This document shows, piece by piece, positions 1 through 5,312 of a stretch of DNA of 5,312 nt. Each line of letters begins with the position of its first letter. The first letter of the stretch is position 1. The DNA comes from a virus (taxonomy: Duplodnaviria > Heunggongvirae > Uroviricota > Caudoviricetes), in the IMG/VR virus record IMGVR_UViG_2778261418_000026. The stretch is one strand, 5' to 3'. Below the pieces are notes generated by a model, which searched no databases, was not told the DNA's origin, and worked only from the letters and a program-made list of their open reading frames with translations. A program made the position numbers and the translations under genes.

Positions 1-294
1 CTAAATGCCACCAATCAAGACCATTAAGATCCTGAAAATCGGTTCTAATGGTAACTGTATTAGTGCGATCCCTAACCAGTCGGCAAAAGGGATAATTATA
101 TAAGAATATAAAATAATTAGTGTTAAAACCATCCCCAGCACATTACGCCAATGAATACTATTTTTTTCTACTTCTATTTTGTTTAGTTCTATTTGTCCAT
201 CTTCTTTTTTTACTTCTACTTCATGCTCTACTATCTTCGTTTTAGTAAAATAACCTACGGCGACCTTTACTAATTCTACTATGGCATTAATCAT
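1..294 (-). CDS. Small membrane protein, 97 aa: charged N-terminal half, two hydrophobic helices in the C-terminal half (holin-like or other; function unknown)
   Basis: Complete ORF with stop at 1-3. ATG at 294..292 overlaps the upstream TGA (ATGA coupling). Strong SD (AGGAG) 7 nt upstream on the minus strand. Hydrophobic stretches NVLGMVLTLIILYSYIIIPF and IFRILMVLIGGI seen in the translation. No family recognised. Confidence 0.6.
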   Translation of the reverse strand: MINAIVELVKVAVGYFTKTKIVEHEVEVKKEDGQIELNKIEVEKNSIHWRNVLGMVLTLIILYSYIIIPFADWLGIALIQLPLEPIFRILMVLIGGI

Positions 295-611
295 TTTTTT
301 ACTCCTATTACGTATTGGAAGAATTTTCTACCCTTTACACTTAGGAAGTGAGAGCCTAATAGAACTACTTCAAATGGAACACCCTTATAAGTCCATGTAA
401 GAGTATCGCCATCTTTCCATTGATCTTGTTTATAGCAAAATACTACATTCATATAAGACAATATATCCGGTGCAAAGGCTTTTATATTCTTTTTTATTTT
501 TTTATTATCTAGCTGAAAAAGTTCGAACTGATATGAGTTGCCGAAAGGGGTAACTCCATCAAGTGTAATTTCTGATACTTCTTCGCCATAGTGATGATCT
601 TCTAAATTCAT
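291..611 (-). CDS. Hypothetical protein, 106 aa
   Basis: ORF directly follows the TAA of the upstream gene (TAAATG). SD GAGGGG 7 nt upstream of ATG 611..609. Stop overlaps the next start. No recognisable motifs. Confidence 0.6.
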   Translation of the reverse strand: MNLEDHHYGEEVSEITLDGVTPFGNSYQFELFQLDNKKIKKNIKAFAPDILSYMNVVFCYKQDQWKDGDTLTWTYKGVPFEVVLLGSHFLSVKGRKFFQYVIGVKK

Positions 612-2120
<1,509 letters not shown>

Positions 2121-2128
2121 GGAATAAT

Positions 2129-2159
2129 GAAGGGGCAAAATCGCCCCTTTATTTTTTTT
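2129..2159. terminator. Bidirectional rho-independent terminator between the convergent lysozyme (+) and 88-aa membrane protein (-) genes
   Basis: Stem AGGGGC (2131-2136) pairs with GCCCCT (2143-2148) around the loop AAAATC, followed by T8 (2152-2159) on the plus strand; an A/T-rich tract also flanks it on the other side. The minus-strand stop codon (2149-2151) lies at the base of the hairpin. Confidence 0.7.
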
Positions 2160-2415
2160 CTAATATTGCTATCACACGTTCAATCTTTAGATCCATTGAA
2201 TGAATCTGAGAACGTAAATCATTAAGTGCGAACTCTAGATCGTCCTGACCCTTTTCTAACCTTTCTACATCTGATTTAGTATGTACTAAGTCGGACTCGA
2301 TTTTAGCTAGTCGTGATTCAACTGATTTTAAGTCTGCTGATTTATCTCTAATGATATTCCAGACAAAAGCACCTAACGCTATTATGACGGCAATAATACT
2401 TTCCCATCCTGCCAT
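2149..2415 (-). CDS. Single-pass membrane protein with two-helix coiled-coil domain, 88 aa (holin-, antiholin- or i-spanin-like; unassigned)
   Basis: N-terminal hydrophobic helix SIIAVIIALGAFVWNII followed by R/K (positive-inside rule suggests N-out, C-in). The remainder is heptad-like and charged, in two helical segments split at KGQ. AGGG lies 8 nt upstream of the ATG. It sits next to the endolysin. No lipobox, so not an o- or u-spanin. Confidence 0.6.
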   Translation of the reverse strand: MAGWESIIAVIIALGAFVWNIIRDKSADLKSVESRLAKIESDLVHTKSDVERLEKGQDDLEFALNDLRSQIHSMDLKIERVIAILEKK

Positions 2416-2482
2416 ATAATAGACCCTATTTTTTATATTTTATAGTTACTATTATTTAGTATTAGTTACTAATCAAATTATA

Positions 2483-3130
2483 TTAATAGCCAGTAAATGA
2501 AGCTAGAGCAATCTGTACTTGTGCTGACCCCATCGCCTGAGCGTAAGTCATTTGGTTTTTGTTAACGTACTGTAAAGTGAAAGACGTAGAACTATTTCGC
2601 CTAATCATAATCCCACTATAACCAGTAGTTGCCCCGTCATCCGATAAGTTGCCAGGACACTGACTAATACAGATCCACGGATCGGCAAACGGTGTAGTTA
2701 GTGTCAATGCCGTACCTAAGTTATGACCAGCCGGAATAGTAAAGAAGCCACGAATACGCGGCATTGTTGCAGCACTTGCCGCCGACCATATAAGAGTACC
2801 AGCACTATTACGTACATCTAGATAACCAGATGTAAGAGCCGTAGTATTATTACTGAGCATGAATCTACCGCTACCTGCTTCATACATCGATGCACCCGGA
2901 AAACAATATTTTCCATTCGTTTGCAATTGAAACCAGCGTAATCCAGTATTGGGGAAAAAGTTTAAAGCGAGATAGCCCAATGTTGAGCCATTACCAAATG
3001 ATGAGTTTATTGTATAGTAACCAATATCGGATAAACTACCCATTGCTTTGACAGAAGACATAACAATAGCTCTATTATCTGAATCTATTGTTAGTTTACC
3101 TGCTGAGTTGTAACATTGAAAACCTGACAT
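2483..3130 (-). CDS. Hypothetical protein, 215 aa; N-terminal about 90 aa is homologous to the adjacent 98-aa protein, plus a C-terminal extension (candidate tail-fiber accessory or adhesin protein)
   Basis: SD AAGGA 7 nt upstream of the ATG, formed partly by the stop of the upstream gene. Shares with the 98-aa ORF the motifs G-[LF]-QC-[WY]-N-[AS]-[SA]-G-x-L-x-[VI]-D, F-x-NG and YC-[IF]-PG at similar spacing. A second NSAG-x-L motif (RNSAGTLIW) occurs at about residue 107. Confidence 0.7.
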   Translation of the reverse strand: MSGFQCYNSAGKLTIDSDNRAIVMSSVKAMGSLSDIGYYTINSSFGNGSTLGYLALNFFPNTGLRWFQLQTNGKYCFPGASMYEAGSGRFMLSNNTTALTSGYLDVRNSAGTLIWSAASAATMPRIRGFFTIPAGHNLGTALTLTTPFADPWICISQCPGNLSDDGATTGYSGIMIRRNSSTSFTLQYVNKNQMTYAQAMGSAQVQIALASFTGY

Positions 3131-3139
3131 TATTAATCC

Positions 3140-3436
3140 TTATTCAAATGCGTATATATCGAAAGTTAAAGTTTGTGCCATTACATATCCAGTAGGAATA
3201 TGACGTACTGAAAAAGAGTTAGTGCCAGGAATACAATAGAAATCCGTCCAATATTGAGAAGTACGGGCAATTGCTAACCATCCAGTCGGACGCATACCAT
3301 TAAAAGCTACACTCCATGTAGTCGTAGTACCTGCTGCAATAGCTAATGACGCAGTACCCATATAACGCATATTATAATCGCCTAAATCTACTACCAGTAC
3401 ACCGGAAGCATTCCAGCATTGTAGACCCTGAGCCAT
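3140..3436 (-). CDS. Hypothetical protein, 98 aa; paralog of the N-terminal domain of the downstream 215-aa protein
   Basis: Its ATG overlaps the stop of the upstream small ORF (TAATG). GGGAG lies upstream. Conserved motifs shared with the 215-aa protein (MAQGLQCWNASGVLVVD versus MSGFQCYNSAGKLTID; FNG; YCIPG versus YCFPG). Confidence 0.7.
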   Translation of the reverse strand: MAQGLQCWNASGVLVVDLGDYNMRYMGTASLAIAAGTTTTWSVAFNGMRPTGWLAIARTSQYWTDFYCIPGTNSFSVRHIPTGYVMAQTLTFDIYAFE

Positions 3437-3621
3437 TATTCACTATCTCCCTGCTGTTGTTCTTCTTCATCTGTCTGTACTAGTAATTGTGGTAATTCAT
3501 CCCACGAACAATGACCAGCTTTTAGAATTAAAAAACCTTCTGCCTCTGCCATTTGTACATCGTCGGCAGTTAGCATCAGTCCCATGATTTGATGATCTGA
3601 ATTGTAAATAAATTGATACAT
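3436..3621 (-). CDS. Small acidic protein, about 61 aa (the track ORF begins at a TTG at 3636; the RBS-supported ATG is at 3621..3619), with C-terminal tail DEEEQQQGDSE
   Basis: GGAG 9 nt upstream of ATG 3621. Translationally coupled to the 98-aa gene. Strongly acidic composition. Function unknown. Confidence 0.5.
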   Translation of the reverse strand: MYQFIYNSDHQIMGLMLTADDVQMAEAEGFLILKAGHCSWDELPQLLVQTDEEEQQQGDSE

Positions 3622-3638
3622 TATTATTATCTCCAATA

Positions 3639-3672
3639 AAAGGGGGAAGAGATTTATTTCCCTTCCCCTTTA
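3639..3672 (-). terminator. Rho-independent terminator immediately 3' of the tail-fiber gene (also hairpin-capable on the plus strand)
   Basis: Minus-strand RNA: stem GGGGAAG pairs with CUUCCCC (7 bp, extendable by A:U pairs) around a loop of about 12 nt, followed by UUUUAUU. It lies between the tail-fiber stop (3677-3679) and the SD of the next gene (3632-3635). Confidence 0.55.
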
Positions 3673-3676
3673 TTTA

Positions 3677-5312
<1,636 letters not shown>

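Noticed and set aside
2149-2415. Embedded or overlapping o-spanin lipoprotein gene within or next to the 88-aa gene
   Set aside because: Alternative frames of this interval are closed by stops or lack a signal peptide with a lipobox Cys. This cannot be ruled out elsewhere in the genome.

Overview
AT-rich window that reads as part of a tailed-phage (or prophage/tailocin) genome at the junction of the tail-fiber and lysis regions. All predicted genes but one lie on the minus strand. From high to low coordinates: the 3' end of an upstream ORF (5312..5232), a large tail-fiber / host-specificity-like protein (3677..5149, likely extending further 5'), an intrinsic terminator, a translationally coupled trio (small acidic protein, then a 98-aa and a 215-aa paralogous pair), a single-TM coiled-coil membrane protein, and a bidirectional terminator. 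A plus-strand T4-type (GH24) lysozyme (1668..2120) runs into that terminator from the other side. Below it is a tightly coupled four-gene minus-strand operon (1627..1) of unknown function ending in a small membrane protein. The only confident functional calls are the lysozyme and the tail fiber; everything else is hypothetical. No tRNA, rRNA, CRISPR array, integrase or transposase was seen. All calls come from reading the sequence and ORF translations by eye; no database search was run. The best candidates for something undescribed are the paralogous pair downstream of the fiber, the frame break at the fiber 5' end, and the four-gene operon.
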